NCBI RefSeq assembly: GCF_000010065.1
Contig: NC_006576.1
Location: 90,001 to 122,000, forward strand
Direction of reading: 5' to 3'
From: Synechococcus elongatus PCC 6301
GTDB taxonomy: Bacteria > Cyanobacteriota > Cyanobacteriia > Synechococcales > Synechococcaceae
Length of the DNA stretch: 32,000 bases
Of the stretch, positions 1 to 8,221 are shown in pieces. Made by a program: the position numbers and the translations under genes. The notes below the pieces were generated by a model, which did not search any database, had not been told where the DNA came from, and saw nothing but the letters and a program-made list of their open reading frames with translations. Numbering within the stretch: position 1 is the first letter of the stretch; every line of letters starts with the position of its first letter.

Positions 1-123
1 GATGGCGGCGACAGTCACCAACCCCAGCGGCGGTAACAACACTTTCCGATTGACGAGTTCCAGAATTTTTTCGTAGGACCAGAACGTTTTGGGAAAGCGA
101 GGATAAATCAGTAAAGCGCGCAT
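1..123 (-). CDS. B12-binding-domain / radical SAM protein, N-terminal fragment (gene runs off the window start)
   Basis: Reverse-strand ATG at 123-121. The translation MRALLIYPRFPKTFWSYEKILELVNRKVLLPPLGLVTVAAI stays open to the window edge. This N-terminus resembles the conserved start of cyanobacterial B12-binding radical SAM enzymes. Only 41 codons are visible. Confidence 0.5.
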   Translation of the reverse strand, partial: MRALLIYPRFPKTFWSYEKILELVNRKVLLPPLGLVTVAAI

Positions 124-307
124 GGTAGCAGATGGGCGGGGTGCCCTTAGTCTTTCACAACTTTTGCGAAAGTGTAGACTCCGCTGTCAGTCATTCATCT
201 GGCTGCGATCGCATCTGGGTGTTCGCTAGAGCACAAACAGCCTGTCTCGCTACACCCCTTGGCAAACCTGTGTTAATGATCAAACTCAAGCACTTCACCG
301 AGAACTC

Positions 308-400
308 ATGTCAGCGGAAAAACCTTGTCAGCACTGCGGTCGCACCAGTACCAATGGCAAAAAATGCAAGGGAAAGTGTGTCGGTGACAGTGACTATTAA
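308..400 (+). CDS. Candidate 30-aa Cys-rich microprotein (CxxC...CxxxC), hypothetical
   Basis: ATG 308-310 to TAA 398-400 encodes MSAEKPCQHCGRTSTNGKKCKGKCVGDSDY, with 4 Cys arranged C-x2-C-x9-C-x3-C in a Lys/Gly-rich context. It is below the 60-aa cut-off of the ORF track and in a different frame from the unconvincing 132..434 ORF. A weak hairpin lies downstream at 490-514. There is no strong Shine-Dalgarno sequence. Confidence 0.2.
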   Translation: MSAEKPCQHCGRTSTNGKKCKGKCVGDSDY

Positions 401-691
401 AGTTACTGGTGCACCATCAAGAATCAATTACTAGAACAGCGATCGCAATCAGCCAGGCATTGCGCGAGATTGTCTAGCCTTGATCTCAACTAAAGACTTT
501 AATCTTTTCTTTAGCTTTTAGGATTACAGGTAGTCGCAATGCGATAGTGCAGGTCCCCAGCCTGCGATTGCTGATCATCCACGAAGAAGACACCGCGAGC
601 CATGGCGGCCAGCCGCCGAAGCTCTGACAAACAGAGGCACAGGTTAGGCTGAAAAGGCTCTTGGCGATCGCCCGTTCTCCCTTGCACCTCT

Positions 692-3163
692 ATGGCTGTT
701 GCTTCACTGTCCTGCCCAGAATTGTTGGCACCTGCGGGCGACTGGGACTGTCTGCGAGCTGCGATTGAAAATGGGGCGGATGCCGTCTACTTCGGCCTCG
801 ATCGCTTTAATGCACGGATGCGAGCCCACAACTTTACCGAGGCGGATCTACCAAAAGTGGTGGCGACGCTTCACCAACGGGGGCTCAAAGCTTATGTCAC
901 CCTCAATACCCTGATCTTCCCGCAGGAACTCCCTGCTGCTGAGCAATACCTGCGATCGATCATCAGTGCCGGCGTCGATGCCGCGATCGTGCAGGACGTG
1001 GGGTTGTGTCGGCTGATTCGGCACCTCTCGCCGACCTTCCCGATCCACGCCTCCACTCAAATGACGATCAGTAGCGCAGCAGGTGTGGCTTTTGCCCACG
1101 ATCTGGGCTGTCAACTTGTGGTGTTAGCGCGGGAAAATTCTCTTGCCGAAATCCAAAAAATTCGCCAACAAACGACGGTTCTGAACAAAGCGTTGCCGCT
1201 GGAGGTCTTTGTCCACGGCGCATTGTGCGTGGCTTACAGCGGCGCTTGCCTCACCTCCGAAGCCTTGGGTGGGCGATCGGCCAATCGCGGCGAATGTGCC
1301 CAAGCTTGCCGCATGAGCTACGACCTGATTGCTGATGGTCAGACGATTGACCTAGGCGATCGCCAGTACTTGCTCAGTCCCCAAGATTTGATGGGCATTG
1401 AACTGTTGCCGGAACTGATCGCAGCTGGCGTCTGCAGTCTCAAAATCGAAGGTCGGCTCAAGGCACCCGAGTATGTGGCTAGTGTGACCCGCCGCTATCG
1501 CGAGGCGATTGATCGCGCTTGGTTGGGACAAAGCACAGAACTACCTCCCAGCGATCGCTATGAACTAGAGATGGCCTTTTCGCGGGGCCTCTCCTCTGGC
1601 TGGTTGCAGGGCATTGATAATCAAGCGTTAGTTCAAGGTCGCTACGCCAAAAAGCGAGGTGTTGATCTAGGGAGCGTCTTGGCAGTCGATCGCCGGGGCA
1701 TTCAGGTCGAGCCGCTAGTGCCGATTCAGGCTGGAGATGGCTTGCTAATTGAAACCGAGCGGGGCGATCGCGGCGGCCGTGTCTATCAGGTGGAACCGAT
1801 CGCAGGTCAACGTCTGCGCCTTTGTTTCAGCCGCGATTTTGATCTGCGAGCCGTGCAAGTGGGCGATCGCCTCTGGAAAACCAGTGATCCTGCTCTCGAA
1901 AAAGAACTGCGCCAAAGTTTTAGTGCGGAGCAACCCCGCTGGAAGCAGCCGGTGGATCTAACAGTGCAGGGTGCGATCGATCAGCCCTTAGTTGTGATTG
2001 CTGGCGATCGCCAAGGTCGTCAAGTCTCGGTGCAATCCGAACAAGTTTTGCAGGCCGCGACTCAGCATCCCCTCGATCGCGATCGCCTCGCGGCCCAGTT
2101 GGGACGGTTGGGAAACACTGCCTTTGAGTTAGGGTCCCTCGAAAATCAGCTGCCGGATGGCTTGATTCTGCCGATTAGTGAACTGAATCGCCTACGTCGG
2201 CAGTGGGTGAGTGCGTTGGAAGCGCTGCGATCGCAGCCGAATCATTGGCCGCTGAGTGCCACAGCGAAGCTGGCTGACCTCTTGCCCAAGCGATCGGCAA
2301 CCCAACCGCGAACGCCGGAACTCACGGTGCTGGTTCGAGACTTGCCGCAACTGGAAGCCGCGATCGCTACTCAGGCGGTGCGACTCTATTGTGAATTTGA
2401 AGACCCCCGCCGCTACCGCGAAGCGGTCCAAGTCTTCCGGCAAGCCCAGCGATTAGAACAAACGATTTGGCTAGCGCCACCGCGCATTTACAAGCCAGGC
2501 GAAACTTGGATTTTGGAGCAGGTGCGACGGGCAGAGCCAGATGGTTTTCTGGTGCGCAACTACGATCATCTGGCTGCTTTTCAGGGCGATCGCTGTGTGG
2601 GCGATTTCTCCTTGAATGTCGCTAATCCTCTAACCGCGGCCCATTGGGTGGAGCAGGCCGGACTAGAGTGGCTGACGGCTTCCTACGACCTCAATGCTCA
2701 ACAACTGTTGGATTTATTGGCGCAGACGCCGACCAATTGGCTGGAAGTGACGATTCATCAGCATATGCCGCTGTTCCACATGGAACACTGTGTGTTTTGC
2801 GCATTCCTCAGTGATGGTCATGACTTTCGCGATTGTGGTCGCCCCTGTGAGCAGCAAGAAGTGCGGCTACGCGATCGCGTTGGCGTAGAGCACATCCTCA
2901 AGGCCGATGCCGGCTGCCGCAACACGCTTTATAACGGCACGGCGCAAACTGGTGCCGAATTTGTTCCTGCTTTGCAGAGCCAAGGGCTTTTCCGTTTTCG
3001 CATCGATTGCTTACAGGAGTCACCTGCTCAGGTCACACAACTCTGCGATCGCTATTGGCAGCTCTTGCGAGGGCAATGCAGCGGCGAACAACTCTGGCGT
3101 GAGTTGAAGTTGATGCGTCAACTCGGTGTGACTCGCGGCACCCTCACGACCGTGATCCGTTAG
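692..3163 (+). CDS. Peptidase U32 family protein, long two-module form with Fe-S cysteine motifs
   Basis: 823-aa ORF. The N-terminus PELLAPAGDWDCLRAAIENGADAVYFGL is the canonical U32 start. C179-x6-C186-x15-C202-x3-C206 (nt 1226-1309) matches the U32 4Fe-4S motif. A second U32-like module starts near PELTVLVRDLPQLEAAI and has its own cluster, C-x2-C-x11-C-x3-C (nt 2789-2848). Confidence 0.9.
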   Translation: MAVASLSCPELLAPAGDWDCLRAAIENGADAVYFGLDRFNARMRAHNFTEADLPKVVATLHQRGLKAYVTLNTLIFPQELPAAEQYLRSIISAGVDAAIVQDVGLCRLIRHLSPTFPIHASTQMTISSAAGVAFAHDLGCQLVVLARENSLAEIQKIRQQTTVLNKALPLEVFVHGALCVAYSGACLTSEALGGRSANRGECAQACRMSYDLIADGQTIDLGDRQYLLSPQDLMGIELLPELIAAGVCSLKIEGRLKAPEYVASVTRRYREAIDRAWLGQSTELPPSDRYELEMAFSRGLSSGWLQGIDNQALVQGRYAKKRGVDLGSVLAVDRRGIQVEPLVPIQAGDGLLIETERGDRGGRVYQVEPIAGQRLRLCFSRDFDLRAVQVGDRLWKTSDPALEKELRQSFSAEQPRWKQPVDLTVQGAIDQPLVVIAGDRQGRQVSVQSEQVLQAATQHPLDRDRLAAQLGRLGNTAFELGSLENQLPDGLILPISELNRLRRQWVSALEALRSQPNHWPLSATAKLADLLPKRSATQPRTPELTVLVRDLPQLEAAIATQAVRLYCEFEDPRRYREAVQVFRQAQRLEQTIWLAPPRIYKPGETWILEQVRRAEPDGFLVRNYDHLAAFQGDRCVGDFSLNVANPLTAAHWVEQAGLEWLTASYDLNAQQLLDLLAQTPTNWLEVTIHQHMPLFHMEHCVFCAFLSDGHDFRDCGRPCEQQEVRLRDRVGVEHILKADAGCRNTLYNGTAQTGAEFVPALQSQGLFRFRIDCLQESPAQVTQLCDRYWQLLRGQCSGEQLWRELKLMRQLGVTRGTLTTVIR

Positions 3164-3235
3164 TGCCTGTTCGATCAGTCTTGACAGAGGCAGGATGACT
3201 CGCTTCCCTCAAAAGGTCCTTCCTCTTAGCTACTC

Positions 3236-3928
3236 ATGCCTTCTGAACCTCCCCTTGCTGGCCGCCGACTACGGCGGCTGTGGATTAAGCGCAATCTGAT
3301 CAGCATGATTTGTGGACTAGCGCTTGGTAGCGCTTGGGGAGTTGGTAGCCTACTGGTTCGCGGATCTTTTGTGCCGTTTGGACTGATGTTGCTGTACTTG
3401 GGCGTTTGTCAGTACGGCCTCGGTGCCATTCTCTGCCTCGTGCTCGGGGTGATTTTGGAGAGCGCTCTCCTGTTTGGGGGAGTCGTAGGCTGGGCACAAC
3501 AAAGACTGCTGCGAGGCTGGATTACCAGCCCTAAAATCTGGGTCGGTAGCGCCATCCTCGGTTGGGGCGTTTTCACCGTCGCGATCTTCAATTTTCTCGT
3601 CTCATTCTCCTATTCACCCGGTGGCGCGATCGCCAGTGGCTTGATTGCGATCGCAGCGGCTAGCGGTATGGGCTATGTGCAATCTCGGCACTTGGAGAGT
3701 GCGATCGCTGCGTCCGGTCGCTGGTTTCGTCTGCACGTTGTCATGAGTGTGGTTGCGATCGTTGCCATCAGCACAACTGAATTGCTCGGCCGTCCGCTGG
3801 GACTCAGCTTTTTAGGATCAAGCCTCCTGCTGGTCCTCGCAGTCCCCATCTATACGCTGCTGACGGCTTCCCTACTGGCTGAATTGACAGCTCAGACCGA
3901 AACCGCTGTGCTGGATCTAGCGGAATAG
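3236..3928 (+). CDS. Multi-pass integral membrane protein, function unknown
   Basis: 230-aa ORF with a basic N-terminus (RRLRRLWIKR) followed by about 6 hydrophobic helices rich in G/A/L/V. I recognise no catalytic motif. Confidence 0.6.
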   Translation: MPSEPPLAGRRLRRLWIKRNLISMICGLALGSAWGVGSLLVRGSFVPFGLMLLYLGVCQYGLGAILCLVLGVILESALLFGGVVGWAQQRLLRGWITSPKIWVGSAILGWGVFTVAIFNFLVSFSYSPGGAIASGLIAIAAASGMGYVQSRHLESAIAASGRWFRLHVVMSVVAIVAISTTELLGRPLGLSFLGSSLLLVLAVPIYTLLTASLLAELTAQTETAVLDLAE

Positions 3929-3955
3929 GGGCAGACCCGTTCACCTGAGACTGGT

Positions 3956-4615
3956 TCAGACATAGCCATGCTCTGTCAAGAACTCTAGGCTGATATCGGA
4001 CTGGGGGGTGGGATGACCCGAATGACGCAGCAGCCGTTCCACATACTTACCGAGTATGTCGCCCTCAAGGTTGACGCGAACGCCGGCTTGCAGGCGTCTC
4101 AGAGTCGTCTCCTGATAGGTGTGGGGAATCACCGCCACGGTAAACCAATGCCCTTCGCGATCGCAGTCCGCGATCGTCAAACTGATGCCATTGACAGCGA
4201 TACTGCCTTTCTCGACGAGATAGCGCTGCAGTGAACCGGCTGGTACTCCAAATTTCAGCAGCCAAGATTGTTCAGTAGCTTCAGCACTGATCAGCCAGCC
4301 GACGCCATCGACGTGACCCGTGACAAAGTGCCCGCCGACTTTACCGCCTGCCCGCAAGGAGCTTTCGAGGTTGACCAAACTGCCGGGGGGCAAATCCCCC
4401 AAGGTCGACCGCTGGAGCGTTTCCGGTGAAACATCCGCCAAGAACCCATTACCGAGGCATTGAGTTGCCGTCAGACAAATGCCATCGACAGCAATACTGT
4501 CGCCGATCGCTAGATCCTGCAAAATCGACTGTGTGTCGCCAGCAACGCAGTGGATTCGAACTGATCCCTCCAGAACCGTCAGTTCCCCGAGCGCTTGCAC
4601 TAACCCTGTAAACAT
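3956..4615 (-). CDS. ribE: Riboflavin synthase alpha subunit
   Basis: The translation from the internal Met (reverse-strand ATG at 4615-4613) begins MFTGLVQALGEL, the canonical riboflavin synthase N-terminus. The two lumazine-binding repeats are visible (GDSIAVDGICLT and KGSIAVNGISLT). The 32 extra upstream codons of the track ORF overlap the end of the neighbouring gene and are probably not translated. Confidence 0.9.
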   Translation of the reverse strand: MFTGLVQALGELTVLEGSVRIHCVAGDTQSILQDLAIGDSIAVDGICLTATQCLGNGFLADVSPETLQRSTLGDLPPGSLVNLESSLRAGGKVGGHFVTGHVDGVGWLISAEATEQSWLLKFGVPAGSLQRYLVEKGSIAVNGISLTIADCDREGHWFTVAVIPHTYQETTLRRLQAGVRVNLEGDILGKYVERLLRHSGHPTPQSDISLEFLTEHGYV

Positions 4616-4668
4616 GACAATTTCCGCATGCCGCTTCTGAGTCTGATCTTCGCTTGGACCAGAACCCT

Positions 4669-5892
4669 TTAAGCAAGCGATCGCACCCATTGCATCTGCT
4701 GCGGCAGACAAACTCGTTGCAAATCGTAGTGATTCTGGGCAAAGAGTCGCGCTTTTTTGCCGAGCTTGGCCCGCGCTGATGGGCTAGCTAGTAACTCACT
4801 CACTGTTGCTGCTAATCCCGCTGGATCAAAGAAATTAACCAGTCGGCCCGTCTCACCGTCACTGATCACCTCGCGAACGGGTGCTGTGTCACTGGCCACG
4901 ATCGCACAGCCACAGCTCATCGCCTCGATCAAGCTCCACGACAGCACGAATGGATAAGTCAAATAGACATGAACGCTGGAGACCTGGAGGAGTGACAGGA
5001 AAGCGTTGTAAGGAATTTTGCCAACGAAATGGACACGGCTGAGGTCAAGGCGATCCGCGACTTCTTTGAGGAAAATCTGTTTCCAAGTTCCTGCGGGTGG
5101 CCGTGCGCCATAGCTGACATCATCACCCCCAACCAAGATGACGCGTGCCTTCGGACGTTGCTGCAAAATCTCAGGAAGTGATCGCATAAAAATGTGATAG
5201 CCGCGATAGGGCTCAAGGTTGCGATTGACGAAGGTAATCACTTCATCATTCCGCCCTAACTTCAGTTGATTATTGAGGGTAATGGTAGCGCTAGGATTAG
5301 GCGCGATCGCTTCAGTATCAATCCCATCGTGCACCACTGTAATTTTGGAGCGCAGCGGTTCTGGGAACTGGTCGGCCTGCCAGTGCGTTGGCGCAATGCC
5401 TGCCGTAACGCGATCGCCCTGCATGGTGTAAATCAAGTTTTTGAGCTGCAGGCGGCAGGCTGTATCTTCTTCACCCTGCGGTCGTTGGAATTCTGGATCG
5501 AAATCGACATCACTCCCGGCACTGCGGTAGTAAAACTCGCAGTAGATTGCGAGCTTTGCAGCCGGCCACACATCTTGTAGAAACAGCGTTTCACCCCAGC
5601 CTGGATGCGCCAAAATCAGATCCGGTTGATAGCCCTGATTGCGCAGCTGGAGAGCAGCACGAAAACAAGCCTCTCCCCGAATGACCTTGGTCTCAAAGTC
5701 CCCAACCCAGGGATGAACCGTTGGACTGCTGTTTCGCTGAGCCCGATAGCGATGGACAGTCACCCCCTGCCACTGATCCGGTAGATCCTGCCGGAGAGTC
5801 AATGTTCTGACCTCATGGCCATTGGCCACCAAAGCCGGTGCCAAATGTTTGAATTGCCCCGGAAAGTTTTGGTGAATGAGCAAAATGCGCAT
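4669..5892 (-). CDS. Glycosyltransferase, GT4 (group 1) family
   Basis: 407-aa ORF. The N-terminus is MRILLIHQNFPGQFKHLAPAL. The C-terminal half has the GT-B/GT4 pattern (ILVGGD..., YPFVLSWSLIEAMSCGCAIVASD, ETGRLV resembling the E-x7-E region). Confidence 0.85.
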   Translation of the reverse strand: MRILLIHQNFPGQFKHLAPALVANGHEVRTLTLRQDLPDQWQGVTVHRYRAQRNSSPTVHPWVGDFETKVIRGEACFRAALQLRNQGYQPDLILAHPGWGETLFLQDVWPAAKLAIYCEFYYRSAGSDVDFDPEFQRPQGEEDTACRLQLKNLIYTMQGDRVTAGIAPTHWQADQFPEPLRSKITVVHDGIDTEAIAPNPSATITLNNQLKLGRNDEVITFVNRNLEPYRGYHIFMRSLPEILQQRPKARVILVGGDDVSYGARPPAGTWKQIFLKEVADRLDLSRVHFVGKIPYNAFLSLLQVSSVHVYLTYPFVLSWSLIEAMSCGCAIVASDTAPVREVISDGETGRLVNFFDPAGLAATVSELLASPSARAKLGKKARLFAQNHYDLQRVCLPQQMQWVRSLA

Positions 5893-6038
5893 TGATCCTG
5901 CAGTAAGGCGACCGATTCGACCAATCTTGAGGAGCGATCGGTCAGCCCCACGCTATCAGCTTCTGAGCTGTGCCCTGAGGCGCGATCGCCCGACAAGATC
6001 TCGCTGCCTTCTACCTACCCTGGATCTTGACCCTTGCC

Positions 6039-6521
6039 CTAGGGCTGGTTGGGTGCTGGCGGACAAGTGCAGGTGGGTTGAGGGGTGACTGCGGGTGTCG
6101 GCGTGCCACTTCGAATGGGGCCGTTATAGTCGGTGCGTACTGTCTTGCCATCAAAGGAGACACTGATCACAGATTCCACCGTCGGCGGTAGGCCCTGGGG
6201 CTGCCAGCCGGGAGCCCCCCCAACAAATTGGAAGGTAAAGAAGCCATTGGTGTAGGTATAGTCTGTGTTGCTACCACCGCCATACATTTTGCTTTCAGCA
6301 ATGTAGCGATTGAGGCCGCCATTGGTCTGTTCGGCTGCTGCTCGCGCTAAGTTCTTAGCCCGATTGAGAGCGAGGAAGAAAGCCTGATTGCGAGGGCCAT
6401 CATCGGGGGGAGCCGGAGGATTGAGAACATCCACCACGGTGGGATTGGTTGCGGGAGCCTGGGCCATCAAAGCTGGAGCTGCACAACTGAGTTGCGCCGC
6501 AATCAATAGGGCAAGAGACAT
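6039..6521 (-). CDS. Exported protein of unknown function with a Pro/Thr-rich C-terminal tail
   Basis: 160-aa ORF with a signal-peptide-like N-terminus (MSLALLIAAQLSCAAPALMAQA). The C-terminus is TPTPAVTPQPTCTCPPAPNQP. Its ATG lies 3 nt (6522-6524) downstream of the stop codon of the upstream ORF (6525-6527), which suggests co-transcription. Confidence 0.6.
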   Translation of the reverse strand: MSLALLIAAQLSCAAPALMAQAPATNPTVVDVLNPPAPPDDGPRNQAFFLALNRAKNLARAAAEQTNGGLNRYIAESKMYGGGSNTDYTYTNGFFTFQFVGGAPGWQPQGLPPTVESVISVSFDGKTVRTDYNGPIRSGTPTPAVTPQPTCTCPPAPNQP

Positions 6522-6524
6522 GGA

Positions 6525-6929
6525 TTAAGGTTCCTCAGGGTCAGTCTGCATCAGACGAGTTTGCCATTCGGCTGCGATCGCTGAGTCTTGTGCAAATTCC
6601 TGGTCTAATAAGTCCCGATCGCCACTGTAGATCAACTTATCGGGGTCAATTTTGGCTTGGGTTCGCCAAGGTGCCAGTTGCATAAGTTTCTCTCCCAGGG
6701 CCAACGATGGTTTACGCAGGCGATCGGCCCAGCTCTGGCGATCGCGGTTGCGGCGACGGATTTCTTGATTCTTGCGTTGGATCCACAACCAGCGCAGGGC
6801 TGGCACAGCTAAAAAGCCGATCGCGTAGACCAGCAGGAACCGATATAACCCGGCCACTACTGCCACGATTCCCCCGAGGCTGGCAACGCCAGGCAATAGG
6901 AGCAGACCACCGAAGACCGCCGCGAGCAC
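6525..6929 (-). CDS. C-terminal portion of a conserved membrane protein (reads as a separate ORF, probably the downstream half of a frame-shifted gene)
   Basis: 134-aa ORF starting at GTG (6929-6927). It begins inside a hydrophobic helix (LAAVFGGLLLLPGVASLGGIVAVVAGLYRFLLVYAIGFLAV) and overlaps the 3' end of ORF 6857..7822 by 73 nt. Its frame is open upstream of the GTG. Confidence 0.55.
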   Translation of the reverse strand: MLAAVFGGLLLLPGVASLGGIVAVVAGLYRFLLVYAIGFLAVPALRWLWIQRKNQEIRRRNRDRQSWADRLRKPSLALGEKLMQLAPWRTQAKIDPDKLIYSGDRDLLDQEFAQDSAIAAEWQTRLMQTDPEEP

Positions 6930-7822
6930 GAGATTACGACCCCCAAGGCGATCGCCCCAAGGATTTGTCCGCGACTGGCTTGACTGAAGGACCAGAGACG
7001 CTCTTGCAAGCTGCGGGCAACCCGTGATCGGCCGTCAGCGGCACTCGCCGTGACCTGCAGGGCAGGAAATTGGTAAATCAGCTGGCCCCTTTCACTAACG
7101 CGAGGCTGACCATCAAAACGCACCAGCACGGGCAGGAGATCAGACTCGCTGGAATCTAAGGGGCGATCCAGGTAGGGCTGCAATTGCTCAGCGACCACAG
7201 CCCCCTGTTGGCTGCGGATGTAAGCGCCCATCAACTGCCAGCGCCGCTGTTCGAGATCGGCATTGGGGTCGCCATCCCCGAAGAGAAAGGAAAAAATTGC
7301 TTCGAGAAAGTTGAGCGATCGCCGCTCAGAGTTGGGATGACTCGGCCCATCGAAGGTTAGCCAAGGCCACCAATCTCCTCCCCAGCTAGGGGCGCTGGAT
7401 CCACTGGAACCACTCCCACCACTACTATCTCCACCACCACCGCCGCCGATATCGCCCCCCTCGCTCAGGGCGACTACGATAGCGATGATTGCCACGACGA
7501 AAAGACCAATCGATAGCAGCAGGCCCAGACCAAACGAGATGCGGATCAGGTAGAAAAGCAGACGCCACAGCTGCTGCCCGAGCAGTTGCAATTGCTGCCG
7601 CCATGACTCCTGCTGCAAACGCTGCCGGAGGTTGTGCGGGAACTGAAATGCAATGTCGCCGCGATCGCTGACTTGAAGGGTCGCCTGACTCGCCGCCGCC
7701 AACTGCAAGAGTTGATGCTCGACCAAAGCCACGCGCAGACCCGACTGGGCTGCAACATCACCAACCGTGACGCGATAGCCCAAACGCTCGATCGCTTGAA
7801 CTAAGGGCTGTAGCTCCTCCAT
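6857..7822 (-). CDS. N-terminal portion of a conserved membrane protein with a Gly/Ser-rich linker (probably the upstream half of a frame-shifted gene)
   Basis: 321-aa ORF starting at ATG 7822-7820. It contains one TM helix (LLFYLIRISFGLGLLLSIGLFVVAIIAIVVAL) and a low-complexity stretch GGDIGGGGGGDSSGGSGSSGSS. The last roughly 25 residues (SCSRRSSVVCSYCLALPASGESWQ) look like out-of-frame read-through. Confidence 0.6.
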   Translation of the reverse strand: MEELQPLVQAIERLGYRVTVGDVAAQSGLRVALVEHQLLQLAAASQATLQVSDRGDIAFQFPHNLRQRLQQESWRQQLQLLGQQLWRLLFYLIRISFGLGLLLSIGLFVVAIIAIVVALSEGGDIGGGGGGDSSGGSGSSGSSAPSWGGDWWPWLTFDGPSHPNSERRSLNFLEAIFSFLFGDGDPNADLEQRRWQLMGAYIRSQQGAVVAEQLQPYLDRPLDSSESDLLPVLVRFDGQPRVSERGQLIYQFPALQVTASAADGRSRVARSLQERLWSFSQASRGQILGAIALGVVISCSRRSSVVCSYCLALPASGESWQ

Positions 7823-8221
7823 CCAACACCTACTGCGATCGCTTCCAGTCTATCGACTAGGCCCTGCTCCAAGCTGCGGGGAGGGGGTGAGTAGGCGTTG
7901 TTGATTTTGCCGTTTTAGCTCTGGGCGAACTTTAACTTGAATTAGAATCCTCATATTCTTAAATCCTTTTTAGTGTCAAATTTTCTCTCAAAAATGCCCT
8001 CTGGATACTGACCTAGCTTTGCGATCGCAGGCTGTATTTTAATCAATCTTCCTTGCTGCTAGCATTCGAATACTTCATACTCTCTTGAGGATCAAGTCAT
8101 TGTTGTTTCATGATTTGACTTTGCTTCTGCAGTTCTTCTAGGATTGAGCTGCATCTTCGACTCAAGTGATACTTAAGGAAAATTAGTCCTTGTTAGGTGC
8201 CATCACAATTGATGAATCTCA

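Noticed and set aside
132-434. 100-aa ORF in the spacer between the radical SAM gene and the U32 gene
   Set aside because: The translation has no recognisable motif or signal and has an odd composition. It lies in a region more plausibly made of promoter/5' UTR. The only intriguing coding signal, the Cys-rich 30-codon ORF, is in another frame.
430-690. Possible riboswitch (for example cobalamin) in the leader of the U32 gene or the divergent B12/radical SAM gene
   Set aside because: Only short generic hairpins are present (TCGCAATGCGA, GCAGG/CCTGC, GGCGG/CCGCC). I could not find a B12-box-like GCCACTG core or any other riboswitch signature by eye. A covariance-model scan would be needed to settle it.
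3956-4711. N-terminally extended versions of track ORFs (ribE 3956..4711, plsX 22473..23600, petJ 9840..10238, DUF218 19227..19835, 30395..30874)
   Set aside because: In each case an internal Met coincides with the conserved family N-terminus or with the start of a signal peptide. The extra upstream residues are unconserved-looking or overlap neighbouring genes.
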